DNA from: Candidatus Latescibacterota bacterium
Lineage (GTDB): Bacteria; Latescibacterota; UBA2968; UBA8231
Assembly (NCBI GenBank): GCA_965243025.1
Contig: CBDETY010000003.1
Span: 1,088,001 to 1,152,000, forward strand
Direction of reading: 5' to 3'
DNA length: 64,000 nucleotides
Shown here: one piece after another, positions 37,714 to 47,082 of the stretch
Position numbering within the stretch: the first letter of the stretch is position 1
Layout of the letters: each line of letters opens with the position of its first letter
Made by a program: the position numbers and the translations under genes
Notes under the pieces: generated by a model
Databases searched by the model: none
Seen by the model: only the letters and a program-made list of their open reading frames with translations
What the model was told of the DNA's origin: nothing

Positions 37714-39420
37714 GTGAGGGGACAGGAACCGAACTCGTGGAGAGGCCGGGCCTTTGGGTCCGGCCTTGTCCGTCATGGCCTGATTGCAGGTGCTGCGCTG
37801 GCGTTGCATCCGGGATGCTCGGATGACAATCCCGAGATACTGGCGACCATAGGGGAGGAGGAGGTCACCCTGTCGCAGCTTCTCGAATTCGTCGAACGGA
37901 CCCCCGAGCGTCTGCGCTCGCAAAAGCCGGGCGCCGAGGCGATGCGGGACCACCTTCAGAGCCTCATCGACATGCAGCTGATGGAGCTCGAAGCGCGGGG
38001 TCGGGATTTGCACGAGGATCCCGGTTTTCAGGAGGAGTTCGGAAAGCTTCGCCGCAAACGGCTGATCGCCGAGCTGTTGCGGCGGCATCTGGAAGACCAG
38101 GGGCAGCTCGGTACCGAGGAGTTGAGGAGGCGGTACGTCGAGAGCAAGTGGAGCCGTCAGCTGCAGCTGGCGCACATCGAGCTGGCCGGCGAGGCCGAGG
38201 CGCAGAAAGCTCTCGCCGAGATCCGCGGGGGGCGGTCTTTCGAGGAGGTCGCCCTGGAGATGTCCCGGGACGAAGCGACCTCGGGGAAAGGCGGGGTCAT
38301 CGAGCGGTTTCTGGGCCGGGAGCACATCGAGGACATCGGGCTGCCCCTGAAAGTGGCCGAAGAGCTCTTCGACCTTCCGGTCGGCGAGGTCAGCAGGGCC
38401 TACGAGCTCGGAGACGGGTACGAGATCTTCAAAATCGTCGGGGAGACGGCTTCTCCGAACTGGTACGGGGACGTTTTCGCCAGGAAGGAGCAGCAGGAAC
38501 AGTCCCGGCGCCTGAAGAATCAGCTCGTGCGCGAACTGGCGGAGAAATACCGCTTCCGTCTCGATTCGGAAGGGCTCGCATTTCTCCTTGAAAAGGCGGC
38601 GCACTCCGATGCCGGTTTCCTGCGCATTCCCGACGATGAGCGCGATGTCGTTCTCTGCCGCTTCGACGGCGGCCAGGTGACACTGCAGGACTTTTCCGAC
38701 GCCTACCGGCAGGTATGGTTCTACCGCGAGGTAAGGTTCGACAGCACGGGTATCGCCGAGTTCGTCGACAAGCACATGCTGGAAGAGGCCATCCTTGTCC
38801 ACGAAGCCGAGATGCGGGGACTCGACAGGGACGAGCAGGTAGTCTCCTGGCTTGCCGGGAAAGAGGAGTCGATGCTCGTACACGCCCTCAAGGAAGCCGA
38901 GGTCGACGCCGGAGTCGATACCAGCGAAGCGGAGATACGGCGCTATTTCGAGTCCCATACCGGGCGTTTCATGCTTCCCGAAGAAGCCTGCGTGGTCGAG
39001 GTGCTTGTCGGGACGGAAGAGGAGGCGAACACAATCCTCGAGAGGGCGCGCCGGGGGGAAAGCCTGAAAGAACTGGCCGTGGCTTACAGCATACGCCAGG
39101 GTCTGGAGAGACACGGCGGCCAGTTCTGCCTGCACCCCTACGAGCGCCTGGTCTACGGGCGGATGCTCGAGATCGCCATGAGGGCCGACTACGGGGAGCT
39201 GCAGGGCCCGGTGAAGGTGCGCCACGGGTACTCAGTGTTCACCGTTACGGAGCGTCTGGACGCGCGTCCCGAGACCTTCGAAGAGGCGCGCACGAAGGCG
39301 CGTTGGTGGCTGCGCAAGTCGCAGGAAAAACGGCTCTTCGAGGAGCTGATGGACAGGCTCAGGTCGAAATTCAAGTCGCGGGTGATCGTCTACGAAGACC
39401 GGCTGGCCCCGATATCGTAG
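37714..39420 (+). CDS. Peptidyl-prolyl isomerase/chaperone with two parvulin domains (SurA/PrsA-like), probable lipoprotein
   Basis: LHPGC lipobox-like; AHI...G.SFEEVALEMS.D..SGKGG and a second G.SLKELAVAYS...GG...GPVKV..GYSVF. Confidence 0.85.
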   Translation: MRGQEPNSWRGRAFGSGLVRHGLIAGAALALHPGCSDDNPEILATIGEEEVTLSQLLEFVERTPERLRSQKPGAEAMRDHLQSLIDMQLMELEARGRDLHEDPGFQEEFGKLRRKRLIAELLRRHLEDQGQLGTEELRRRYVESKWSRQLQLAHIELAGEAEAQKALAEIRGGRSFEEVALEMSRDEATSGKGGVIERFLGREHIEDIGLPLKVAEELFDLPVGEVSRAYELGDGYEIFKIVGETASPNWYGDVFARKEQQEQSRRLKNQLVRELAEKYRFRLDSEGLAFLLEKAAHSDAGFLRIPDDERDVVLCRFDGGQVTLQDFSDAYRQVWFYREVRFDSTGIAEFVDKHMLEEAILVHEAEMRGLDRDEQVVSWLAGKEESMLVHALKEAEVDAGVDTSEAEIRRYFESHTGRFMLPEEACVVEVLVGTEEEANTILERARRGESLKELAVAYSIRQGLERHGGQFCLHPYERLVYGRMLEIAMRADYGELQGPVKVRHGYSVFTVTERLDARPETFEEARTKARWWLRKSQEKRLFEELMDRLRSKFKSRVIVYEDRLAPIS

Positions 39421-40568
39421 TGCGGTGGAGCTGTGCGATCCTGTTGGCCGCGGCGATTTCCGGATGCGGCGGCGACACTCCCGGATCCCGCCGGTCCGGT
39501 GAGGCGGAAAAGGCGTTTGCGCAGGCGAAGGTTCACGCGAAGGCCGGCAGGTACGGCCCCGCTGTCGCCGCCGCGCGTCGGACCTTGCGAGCCGACAGCA
39601 CCCATGTCGATGCGTGGGTACTTCAGGGGATGGTTCTCATGAGGCAGGGGAAGCTGCACGAAGCGGCTCGATCCTTCGAGGAGGTGATCCGGCGGGAACC
39701 CGGTCACTCCGAAGGGTACTCCGCCCTGGGTGACGTCCGCCTGCGGCAGAACCAGCTCGACGAGGCGATCGAGGCCTTCAGCAGTGCGATACGGAACACT
39801 CCGCAGCGCGTCCCCCTCTACAGGAAACTGGCCCAGTCCTATGCCAACCAGAGCCGCTACGTCGAAGCGGCCGATGCCCTGAACAAGGCGCTGGAGCGCG
39901 ACCCGGATGCCGTTGCCACTCATTACAGCCTGGGAATGATCTACGAGCGTCAGACCGAGTACGAGGACGCACTTTCCGCGTTCCGGCGCGCCACCGAGCT
40001 GGATTCGACCTACGCCGACGCTCACTGTCAACTGGGGCGGATTCTTCTGCTTCAAGGGCTGCCCGAACAGGCTGACGCAAGCTTCCGCACCGCCCTCCGG
40101 CAGCGCCCGGGGCATGCCAAGGCAGCCACAGGCAGGGCAAGGGTATTGATCCAGCAGGGCAAATATGCGGAAGGGGAGGCCCTGTTGCGCGGCGTGCTCG
40201 AAGCAGACCCGTTCGAAGCCGAAGCCCGCCACCGGCTGGGGAACCTCTATCTCAGGCAGGGGCGTTCCGAGGAGGGCAAGCAAATCCTCGATGCGTTCGA
40301 GAGATTGCGCGTCGTCAGCCACGAGGTGAACCGCTTCCGACGGATTCTCAATTCCCATCCACGGGATGCCGACGCCCACTACAACCTCGGGGTACTCTAC
40401 GCGGGGCAGGGGCTGTTCCGGGAGGCGGCGGCGTCGTATCGCAGGGCACTGGCGGTCAACCCCGGGGACACGAGCGCCAGGAAAAACCTGGCCAATCTGC
40501 TCCGCAAACACCCCGAGCAGTTCGAAAACAGGAAAACAGCAACAGGTCCGGAAAAGGAGCGACCCTGA
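39420..40568 (+). CDS. TPR-repeat lipoprotein
   Basis: GTG overlapping the upstream TAG; ISGC lipobox; about 9 TPRs. Confidence 0.85.
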   Translation: MRWSCAILLAAAISGCGGDTPGSRRSGEAEKAFAQAKVHAKAGRYGPAVAAARRTLRADSTHVDAWVLQGMVLMRQGKLHEAARSFEEVIRREPGHSEGYSALGDVRLRQNQLDEAIEAFSSAIRNTPQRVPLYRKLAQSYANQSRYVEAADALNKALERDPDAVATHYSLGMIYERQTEYEDALSAFRRATELDSTYADAHCQLGRILLLQGLPEQADASFRTALRQRPGHAKAATGRARVLIQQGKYAEGEALLRGVLEADPFEAEARHRLGNLYLRQGRSEEGKQILDAFERLRVVSHEVNRFRRILNSHPRDADAHYNLGVLYAGQGLFREAAASYRRALAVNPGDTSARKNLANLLRKHPEQFENRKTATGPEKERP

Positions 40569-40570
40569 TC

Positions 40571-41377
40571 ATGAAATGGTGCTGCAGAAGAACCGTGCTG
40601 ACCCGCCCGAGTCGGACGATCACCCTGCTGTGCGTCGTCGCGGGGTCCTTTTCACTGGCTGGCTGCGGGCTGAAGTTCGGCCACCGCCACTTCGCCGGGC
40701 CGATACTCCCGGTATCGGCGCAGGAGAACGAGTCGTTTACCGTGGGCGATGACCGCAGCATAACCTTCGTCCTCGACCGGCTCGAGATCTCGCTGCGCTC
40801 GGTGACCGCGGAGATGCTCAACCGCCAGTTTGCCCGCAACTCCGAGGTCGACGATGGCTCCGCCTACCGGAACCCCACCCAGATGCAGACCAACCCGTTC
40901 ACTTTCGGCGACTGGGTCCCGCCCGAAGCGGAGCGCGCCCCGACCCGGTTTACGGTTTTCTTCCTGAACGTGAAGAACTACGCCTTCCCCAAGGTCCGGG
41001 TCGATCCGGAAAAGGTCGTGCTGACCGCGGCCAACGGACGCCGCTACCCGGCGCTCAGCCTGCACGCCCTGCTCGAATACTACTGGCCCTATGCGGTAGC
41101 CTACGCCGGCAACACCTACAAGAGCTACGAGGAGCGGCGCGACCTGCTCCGCAAGTCGATGTTCCGGAACGAGAACATCTTCAGCGGCCAGGAGTACGGA
41201 GGCTACGTGGTGTTTCCCGCCCTCGACTACGACGTCGAGGATTTCGAGGTGATGGTCCACGACGCCATCCTCCGGTTCGACTACCGCAACGAGCCGACCG
41301 AGACGGTGAACATTCCGTACCAGTTCAGCCGCGAGGTGTACCAGGCCAAGGCCCCGCGCACCGAAGAGTACTATTAG
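40571..41377 (+). CDS. Hypothetical lipoprotein
   Basis: LAGC lipobox; beta-rich body with GYVVFP; strong GC3 bias. Confidence 0.75.
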   Translation: MKWCCRRTVLTRPSRTITLLCVVAGSFSLAGCGLKFGHRHFAGPILPVSAQENESFTVGDDRSITFVLDRLEISLRSVTAEMLNRQFARNSEVDDGSAYRNPTQMQTNPFTFGDWVPPEAERAPTRFTVFFLNVKNYAFPKVRVDPEKVVLTAANGRRYPALSLHALLEYYWPYAVAYAGNTYKSYEERRDLLRKSMFRNENIFSGQEYGGYVVFPALDYDVEDFEVMVHDAILRFDYRNEPTETVNIPYQFSREVYQAKAPRTEEYY

Positions 41378-41582
41378 CCCCTTTCCCTCCGTCAGGGGCG
41401 CTGGCGCGGCGGTCTGGGGGGGCTGGTTCCCCCGGCGGGCCCTGCTTCTGGCTGTCTCCGGTTTCTTCGCGCCGGACCCGGCAACCCCCGCCCCGGCGGT
41501 TTTCACCGATGTCGCCGGGGCCGCCGGCATCTCCTTCCACCACCGCAACGGCGCCGCCGGCGACAAGCACCCTTTCGAAACG

Positions 41583-43037
41583 ATGGGCTCGGGGGCCGTC
41601 TTCTTCGACTACGACGAAGACGGCCTGATCGACCTGTATTTCGTCAACAGCGACGGACCGGCCGCCCTCTACCGCAACGAGGGGAACGGAACCTTCCGCG
41701 ACCGCGCCGAAGCGTCCGGTGTTTCCGACTCGGGGTTCGGACTCGGGTGCGCCGCGGCCGATTACGACGGCGACGGGGCGATCGACCTGTACGTGACGGG
41801 GAACGGTCCCAACATACTGTATCGCGGCGGGGAAACCGGAGGTTTTTCCGCGGTCACCGAAGCCGCCGGGGTCACCGCCCCCGGCCTCAGCACCGGTGCG
41901 GCGTTCGGCGACCACGACCGGGACGGGGACCTCGACCTCTACGTGGCGACCTACGTCGAGTACGACGCGGCAGGTGATTTCCCGGAGTGTTTCCAGGCGA
42001 GGTACAGGGTGTACTGCGGTCCCCAGATGTACCAACCCGGGGCCGACCTGTTCTTTCGCAACGACGGCGACGGGACTTTTACCGACGCCACCGGCGAGGT
42101 CGGGCTGCTGCCGAAAGCCGCCAAGGAGCTCGGCGCCTTTTTCAGCGACTACGACGACGACGGCGACCTCGACCTCTACGTCGCCGGAGACCGCACCCCC
42201 AACCTGCTCTACCGGAACGACAACGGGCGCTTTGTGGAAGTCGGAATCCTGGCCGGAGCGGCGTACAACGACGCCGGAAAACCCCTTGCCGGCATGGGGG
42301 TGACCTCGGGAGATTACGACAACGACGGCCGCTTCGACCTGTTCGTCACCAACTACCAGCGCGAGACCAACAGCCTGTACCACAACCTCGGTTCAGGTTT
42401 TTTTGCCGACGTGACCTTTCAGCAGGGATTGGGTGTTCCCAGCCTCGGTTTCATGGGCTGGGGGACCATGTTCCTCGACTACGACAACGACGGCGACCGG
42501 GACCTCTTCGTCGCCAACGGCCACCTCGACCCGAACATCAGCCTGTTCGACGACGTCGACTACCCGCAGCAGAACCAGCTGTTCAGGAACGACGGGGAGG
42601 ACCGCTTCTCGGACGTATCGGACGAATCCGGGCCGGGGATGAAGCCGGCTCATGTGAGCCGGGGCGCGGCCAGGGGGGATTACGACAACGACGGGGACCT
42701 CGACATTGCGGTGGCCAACAACGGAGAGCCGGCCAACCTGTTGCGCAACGACGGCGGCAACCGCGGCAACTGGCTGCAACTGCACCTGAAAGGGGGAGGG
42801 GCCAACAGCAGCGCCATAGGGGCCAAGGTGACCGTCAAGTCCGGAAGCCTCGTCCAGGTGGACGAGGTGCGTTCCGGCTCGAGCTACCTGTGCCAGAACG
42901 ACTTGCGGCTCTTCTTCGGACTGGGGGACCGCGAGCTCGTCGACCGGGTGGAGATCCGGTGGCCCCTGGGGCGGAAGCAGACCCTGACAGGACTCGCCGC
43001 CAACCAGATCCTCGCCGTCGAAGAGCCGGCTGACTGA
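41583..43037 (+). CDS. CRTAC1/ASPIC-UnbV family FG-GAP repeat protein (true start probably further upstream)
   Basis: Seven D[YH]DxDGxxD[LI] repeats and ASPIC/UnbV C-terminus (AIGAKV, GSSYLCQ, FGLG, EIRWP). The frame is open upstream through FTDVAGAAGI. Confidence 0.9.
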   Translation: MGSGAVFFDYDEDGLIDLYFVNSDGPAALYRNEGNGTFRDRAEASGVSDSGFGLGCAAADYDGDGAIDLYVTGNGPNILYRGGETGGFSAVTEAAGVTAPGLSTGAAFGDHDRDGDLDLYVATYVEYDAAGDFPECFQARYRVYCGPQMYQPGADLFFRNDGDGTFTDATGEVGLLPKAAKELGAFFSDYDDDGDLDLYVAGDRTPNLLYRNDNGRFVEVGILAGAAYNDAGKPLAGMGVTSGDYDNDGRFDLFVTNYQRETNSLYHNLGSGFFADVTFQQGLGVPSLGFMGWGTMFLDYDNDGDRDLFVANGHLDPNISLFDDVDYPQQNQLFRNDGEDRFSDVSDESGPGMKPAHVSRGAARGDYDNDGDLDIAVANNGEPANLLRNDGGNRGNWLQLHLKGGGANSSAIGAKVTVKSGSLVQVDEVRSGSSYLCQNDLRLFFGLGDRELVDRVEIRWPLGRKQTLTGLAANQILAVEEPAD

Positions 43038-43124
43038 CAGTGTCCCGGCCTGCCTCCGGCGGGGGATTCCCTCCGCCTCGGCTGGGAATTTGCGGAAACC
43101 CTCGGGGCGGGTCGGGAAAGGAGC

Positions 43125-44357
43125 TCAGGTTTTTTTCAGGGCGGCGTCGATTTCGTCCTGGTAGGTGCTGAGCTCGCCGCTCTCCACCTCGCTCATCTTC
43201 ACAGTGCGGCCCGCGACGGAGGACTCGAAGACCGCGTAGAGCGCGGCGACGTCCTTCATCCCCTCGACGCCGTCGACCTCGAGCTCGCGCCCGTTGAGGA
43301 TCGCTTCTCCGAGTTCGTAGTACTCCAGGGCCAGCAGCCTGAAGTCGATGTTCCCCCCGGCCAGCTTGTCGGGGAAGAAGTGGGCGGCCAGGGGCTCGAG
43401 CTCCAGCCCCGTGGCCGAGGCCATGAGCTCTTCGTAGGCGACTTCCTCCTCGCCGGTCCTGACCAGGCTGGTGCTTCCCCCCCGGGTTCCGAAGCCGCGC
43501 AGGGCCCCCTCGTCGCCGAAGATCATCTCGCCGCCGCAGCCCCCGTGCCCGCCGATGCCGACCATCCAGCTGACGAAAGCCCGGCTTTCCAGGCGCATGC
43601 TGGCGATGGAGACGTCCTCGGCAGTGGCCGGGTACTGGTCCGCCATTTCCTCGAGGCGCTTGCGGTAGAACTCGTTGTCGACCCCGATCCCCTCCGGTTT
43701 CCTTCTGACAGGTTCGACGAGGCGCACGTCCCCGTAGACCTCGTCGATGTCGCCGAGCTGGTAGCGGATCAGGTCGGTGAAGTGCACGCCGACGTCGAGA
43801 ACCATGCCGCCGCGGTCTTTCAGGTGGCGCCACGGGGTGATGAACACCCTGTCCCCTCCGCTCAGGTGGTGGAAGGTGGCCATGTACGGAGTGCCGATCC
43901 TGCCCTGCCGCAGCAGGTGGTTGACCAGGCGCGCCGAGGGGTCGCGGCGGAAGTTCTCGGCGACCGACAGCAGGCGGCCGTTGCGTTCGGCCGCTTCCAT
44001 CATCGCCAGGCAGCCTTTGACGGTGATCGCCATCGGCTTTTCCACCATGACGTGGAGGCCGAGGTCGAGGGCCTGGCACACCACCTCTTCGTGAAAGCAG
44101 GGATCGACGACGACGTCGACCGCCCGCAGGCCGGGCAGTGCCGCGGCCATCTCTTCGACCGCGGTGAAGACGGGAGGCCTTGACCCCGTCATCCGTTCGA
44201 CCTGGGCGGCCGCCATCTCGGCGTTTTCCCGGTTGACGTCGCACAACCCCGCCAGCTCGATGTTGGCGAAAGGTGTGCCCAACAGCTCGTTCAACCCGCT
44301 CAGGTGGCGGCCGCCCATGCCGCCGCACCCGATCACCGCCAGCTCGACTTTTTCCAC
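43125..44357 (-). CDS. Gfo/Idh/MocA family oxidoreductase
   Basis: IGCGGMG, HVMVEKP, LDVGVH. Confidence 0.92.
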   Translation of the reverse strand: MEKVELAVIGCGGMGGRHLSGLNELLGTPFANIELAGLCDVNRENAEMAAAQVERMTGSRPPVFTAVEEMAAALPGLRAVDVVVDPCFHEEVVCQALDLGLHVMVEKPMAITVKGCLAMMEAAERNGRLLSVAENFRRDPSARLVNHLLRQGRIGTPYMATFHHLSGGDRVFITPWRHLKDRGGMVLDVGVHFTDLIRYQLGDIDEVYGDVRLVEPVRRKPEGIGVDNEFYRKRLEEMADQYPATAEDVSIASMRLESRAFVSWMVGIGGHGGCGGEMIFGDEGALRGFGTRGGSTSLVRTGEEEVAYEELMASATGLELEPLAAHFFPDKLAGGNIDFRLLALEYYELGEAILNGRELEVDGVEGMKDVAALYAVFESSVAGRTVKMSEVESGELSTYQDEIDAALKKT

Positions 44358-44509
44358 CGCGAATGCCTCCTGTAATCCCTGTCCTGGATCAGTCCGGCTC
44401 GAAGATCAAGGCTCCCGCCGGCAGTAAGCCTGCATTTTCAGGTCCGGAACCGGACCGCGAACTCCCTCAGGCGTGAGAGGTTCGGCCGCCGCCCTGGCGA
44501 CCTTCAGCA

Positions 44510-45376
44510 CTACACGAGCTCCCTTACTCCGACTCCCTGCTCGAGCTCGGCGACGCTGGCGAAGGCCACCAGGACGCTGGAGACCGCCCGGTTGTCGAGG
44601 ACCCACGAGATCGCCCTCTCGGTCGGGGGCACGACTTCCCCGGGCCCGGCCAGCTCGTGCCAGGGTCCCGAGACGATGGGATATACCAGGGGCAGCTCCT
44701 CGCGGATCCCCTCGCCCCGGGGCGACAGCTCGATCACCCTGGACTCGTCGGCATTCTCCCAGTCGGTGGCCGCCTTGTCCTCCCAGCTGATCCACTGGCC
44801 CCCGAGGGACTTCATGATCAGCACCCCCGTCCCGGCCTCCAAGGACTTCCTCAGCCCCGGCTCCTGCCAGCGGCAGACGTAGTTGTAGACCACCAGGTCG
44901 GCGTCGGCATCCGGGTCGGGGCCGCTGGCGGCGTACTCCTGCTGGGCTTTCAGGTAATGCCGGATCAGGCACAGGGAACGCACCTTACCAGCCTGTTTCA
45001 GCTTCTGTATGCACTCGGCCAGTCCGGGAACCTCCCGGTAGTCGGGATGGTGGACGCGCAGGACGTCGATCCGGTCCCGCCGGATGTTTGCCAGGTGCCT
45101 GTCGACGATGATTTCGAGCTGGTCGGCCGGGGGCCCCCCCACCTTCAGCGAGAAGTGGTGGTCTCCGCCCGGTCCCTTCAACTCGTCCGGGATGTGCACC
45201 TCGTCGCCGTACCCCATGTCGAACAGGTTGACGCCGAGCTCCCTGGCGCGGAGGTAGATGGCCCGCTTCTCTCCGGGGGGCGGATGCCCGGAGAACCCCT
45301 CGTAGTGCGCCAGCAACCCGCCGAGGGCGATGGTGCTCAGCTCCATGTCGGTCTTCCCGAACCGGCGGTATTCCAT
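44510..45376 (-). CDS. Aldo/keto reductase family protein
   Basis: MEYRRFGKTDMELSTIALG, GVNLFD, IDVLRVH, GKVR. Confidence 0.82.
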   Translation of the reverse strand: MEYRRFGKTDMELSTIALGGLLAHYEGFSGHPPPGEKRAIYLRARELGVNLFDMGYGDEVHIPDELKGPGGDHHFSLKVGGPPADQLEIIVDRHLANIRRDRIDVLRVHHPDYREVPGLAECIQKLKQAGKVRSLCLIRHYLKAQQEYAASGPDPDADADLVVYNYVCRWQEPGLRKSLEAGTGVLIMKSLGGQWISWEDKAATDWENADESRVIELSPRGEGIREELPLVYPIVSGPWHELAGPGEVVPPTERAISWVLDNRAVSSVLVAFASVAELEQGVGVRELV

Positions 45377-45430
45377 CCTGCCTGCCTTTTTCGTAACGGT
45401 GGTCGAACCGGCGTCAAATGTAGCCACCGG

Positions 45431-47062
45431 TCAATGCCGCGCCAGCCGGTCGCGGGCCCGTCGTACGGCTTCGAGCTCCTGGTCGGCGCCGTTCCAGCGC
45501 TCGAGGAACGCGCGGTAGGCCCGGGCTGCCCGCTCCTGGTCCTCGCCCCGGTCCAGGGCCTGCGCGAGTCCGTAAAGCGCAAACCCGCTGTGCGGCCGTT
45601 TTGTCAGCACCGCCTCGAACAGCTCGGCTGCCTGTTCCCGGTTCCCGGCCTCGAGGTGCGCCTGCGCGAGACTCTCGAGAACCGGCCGCGCGTACAGGGG
45701 CGGCTCGTCGTAGCCAAGGGCTTCCAGGCTGTCGGCGGCCGCCCCCAGAGTCCGGAAGGAGAGATCGTACTCCCCCCGGGCCCGTTGGATGTTCCCCTTC
45801 AGGTCCAGCCTGGCGACGTTGAGCAGGCGCCGGCGGCGGGGAGTGTCGTAGGCGTCATTCCCGGCGCCCGGTCCCGGTTCGTCCGGCGCGGGAAACTGAC
45901 TGAGCCGCTTCTCGGCCGCGGCGACGTCCCCCTCGCCGAGGTGGGCCATCCCGAGGGAGAATGCCTCCATGGCGCGCGCGTACTCCCCGGCGAACGTATC
46001 CCTCACGGTGTCGTTGGCGGCAATCGCGGCCAGCTCGCTCGCCGCCCGCGGCCAGGAACCGAAGCGCATGTGCAGCCGCGGAAGGGCCATTCTGCCCTGG
46101 TAGAAGAAGAAGGGGCGCCGCGGCACCAGGGGAACCTCCTCGAAGCGCCGGGCCCATTCCAGGCCCTCGCGGTAGCGGCCCTCCTCGGCGCAGTTCGCCA
46201 GCAGGTAGTTGAGGTTGTGGACGTAGTTCCAGACCCTGGATACGTGCACCCGCTGGTCGGCCATGTAGGTCGAGTCGACCCGCATCGAAGCGATGAAGGA
46301 CCGGCGCGCCTTTTCGTACTCCCCCAGCCGGTAGTAGACGTGGCCGGGCATGTGGACCAGGTGCCCGGCCGCCCACACCAGCTTCTCCAGCACGGGCACG
46401 CTGGCGAGGCCCCGCTCCGGGTATTCCGCCTCGACGAGGTGGACGTAGTAGTGGTGGGGGGCGAAGTGCTCCGGGTGGGATTCCATCAGGCGGAGAAGCA
46501 TCTGCTCCAGGTCGGGCTCGCCGGGGAACCGCGGGCGCTCGAAGTCGAAACCCGGCATGAGGAAGCGGGCGAGAAACAGGACCGCTTCCACGTCGTCCGG
46601 GAATTCCCAGGCAAGCCTCTGCATCTCGCGCACGAAACCTGCACGGCGCCGCTCGGGCGGCTCGGTTTCCAGCAGGGTCGCGGCCCGGATATACCCCCGC
46701 TCGCGGGGCGTGACGGTCGCGATCAGGTCCTGGGCGCGGCGCAGGGCGCGGTGGCGCGCGGGCCGGTCGCTGTTGTGGCGCACCAGCGACTGGTACATCC
46801 CCCAGTACGCCATGGCGCAGGTGCTGTCGAGCCTGGCGGCCTCGCGGAACGAGCGCCAGGCCTCGTAGTACCAGAATCCGTGGATCATGCAGATCCCCTG
46901 GTTGACGAAGGCCTGGGCGCGCTCGGAAGTGGTGGTCACCGGGAAGGAGCAGTCCCCCACTCCCTCGAGCAGCAGGGGGCGCCCCTCGGGGGGCTCGTCC
47001 TCCGCAGATTCACCCCCGCAGCCGGCCCAGGAGAGCAGGAGGGCCAGCAACCCGGGGATCAT
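45431..47062 (-). CDS. TPR-repeat lipoprotein with His-rich motifs
   Basis: WAGC lipobox; AQAFVNQG..GF...EA.RSF, CAMAYWG, HHYYVH, GHLVHMPGHVY. Confidence 0.82.
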   Translation of the reverse strand: MIPGLLALLLSWAGCGGESAEDEPPEGRPLLLEGVGDCSFPVTTTSERAQAFVNQGICMIHGFWYYEAWRSFREAARLDSTCAMAYWGMYQSLVRHNSDRPARHRALRRAQDLIATVTPRERGYIRAATLLETEPPERRRAGFVREMQRLAWEFPDDVEAVLFLARFLMPGFDFERPRFPGEPDLEQMLLRLMESHPEHFAPHHYYVHLVEAEYPERGLASVPVLEKLVWAAGHLVHMPGHVYYRLGEYEKARRSFIASMRVDSTYMADQRVHVSRVWNYVHNLNYLLANCAEEGRYREGLEWARRFEEVPLVPRRPFFFYQGRMALPRLHMRFGSWPRAASELAAIAANDTVRDTFAGEYARAMEAFSLGMAHLGEGDVAAAEKRLSQFPAPDEPGPGAGNDAYDTPRRRRLLNVARLDLKGNIQRARGEYDLSFRTLGAAADSLEALGYDEPPLYARPVLESLAQAHLEAGNREQAAELFEAVLTKRPHSGFALYGLAQALDRGEDQERAARAYRAFLERWNGADQELEAVRRARDRLARH

Positions 47063-47082
47063 GAGGACAGGGGGTGGCGGCC

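Noticed and set aside
36148-39225. 1025-aa minus-strand ORF and similar long antisense ORFs (e.g. 847-2592 +, 3233-5482 +, 44657-47263 +, 51038-53452 -)
   Set aside because: These are shadow ORFs opposite genes with clear family motifs, as expected in high-GC DNA.
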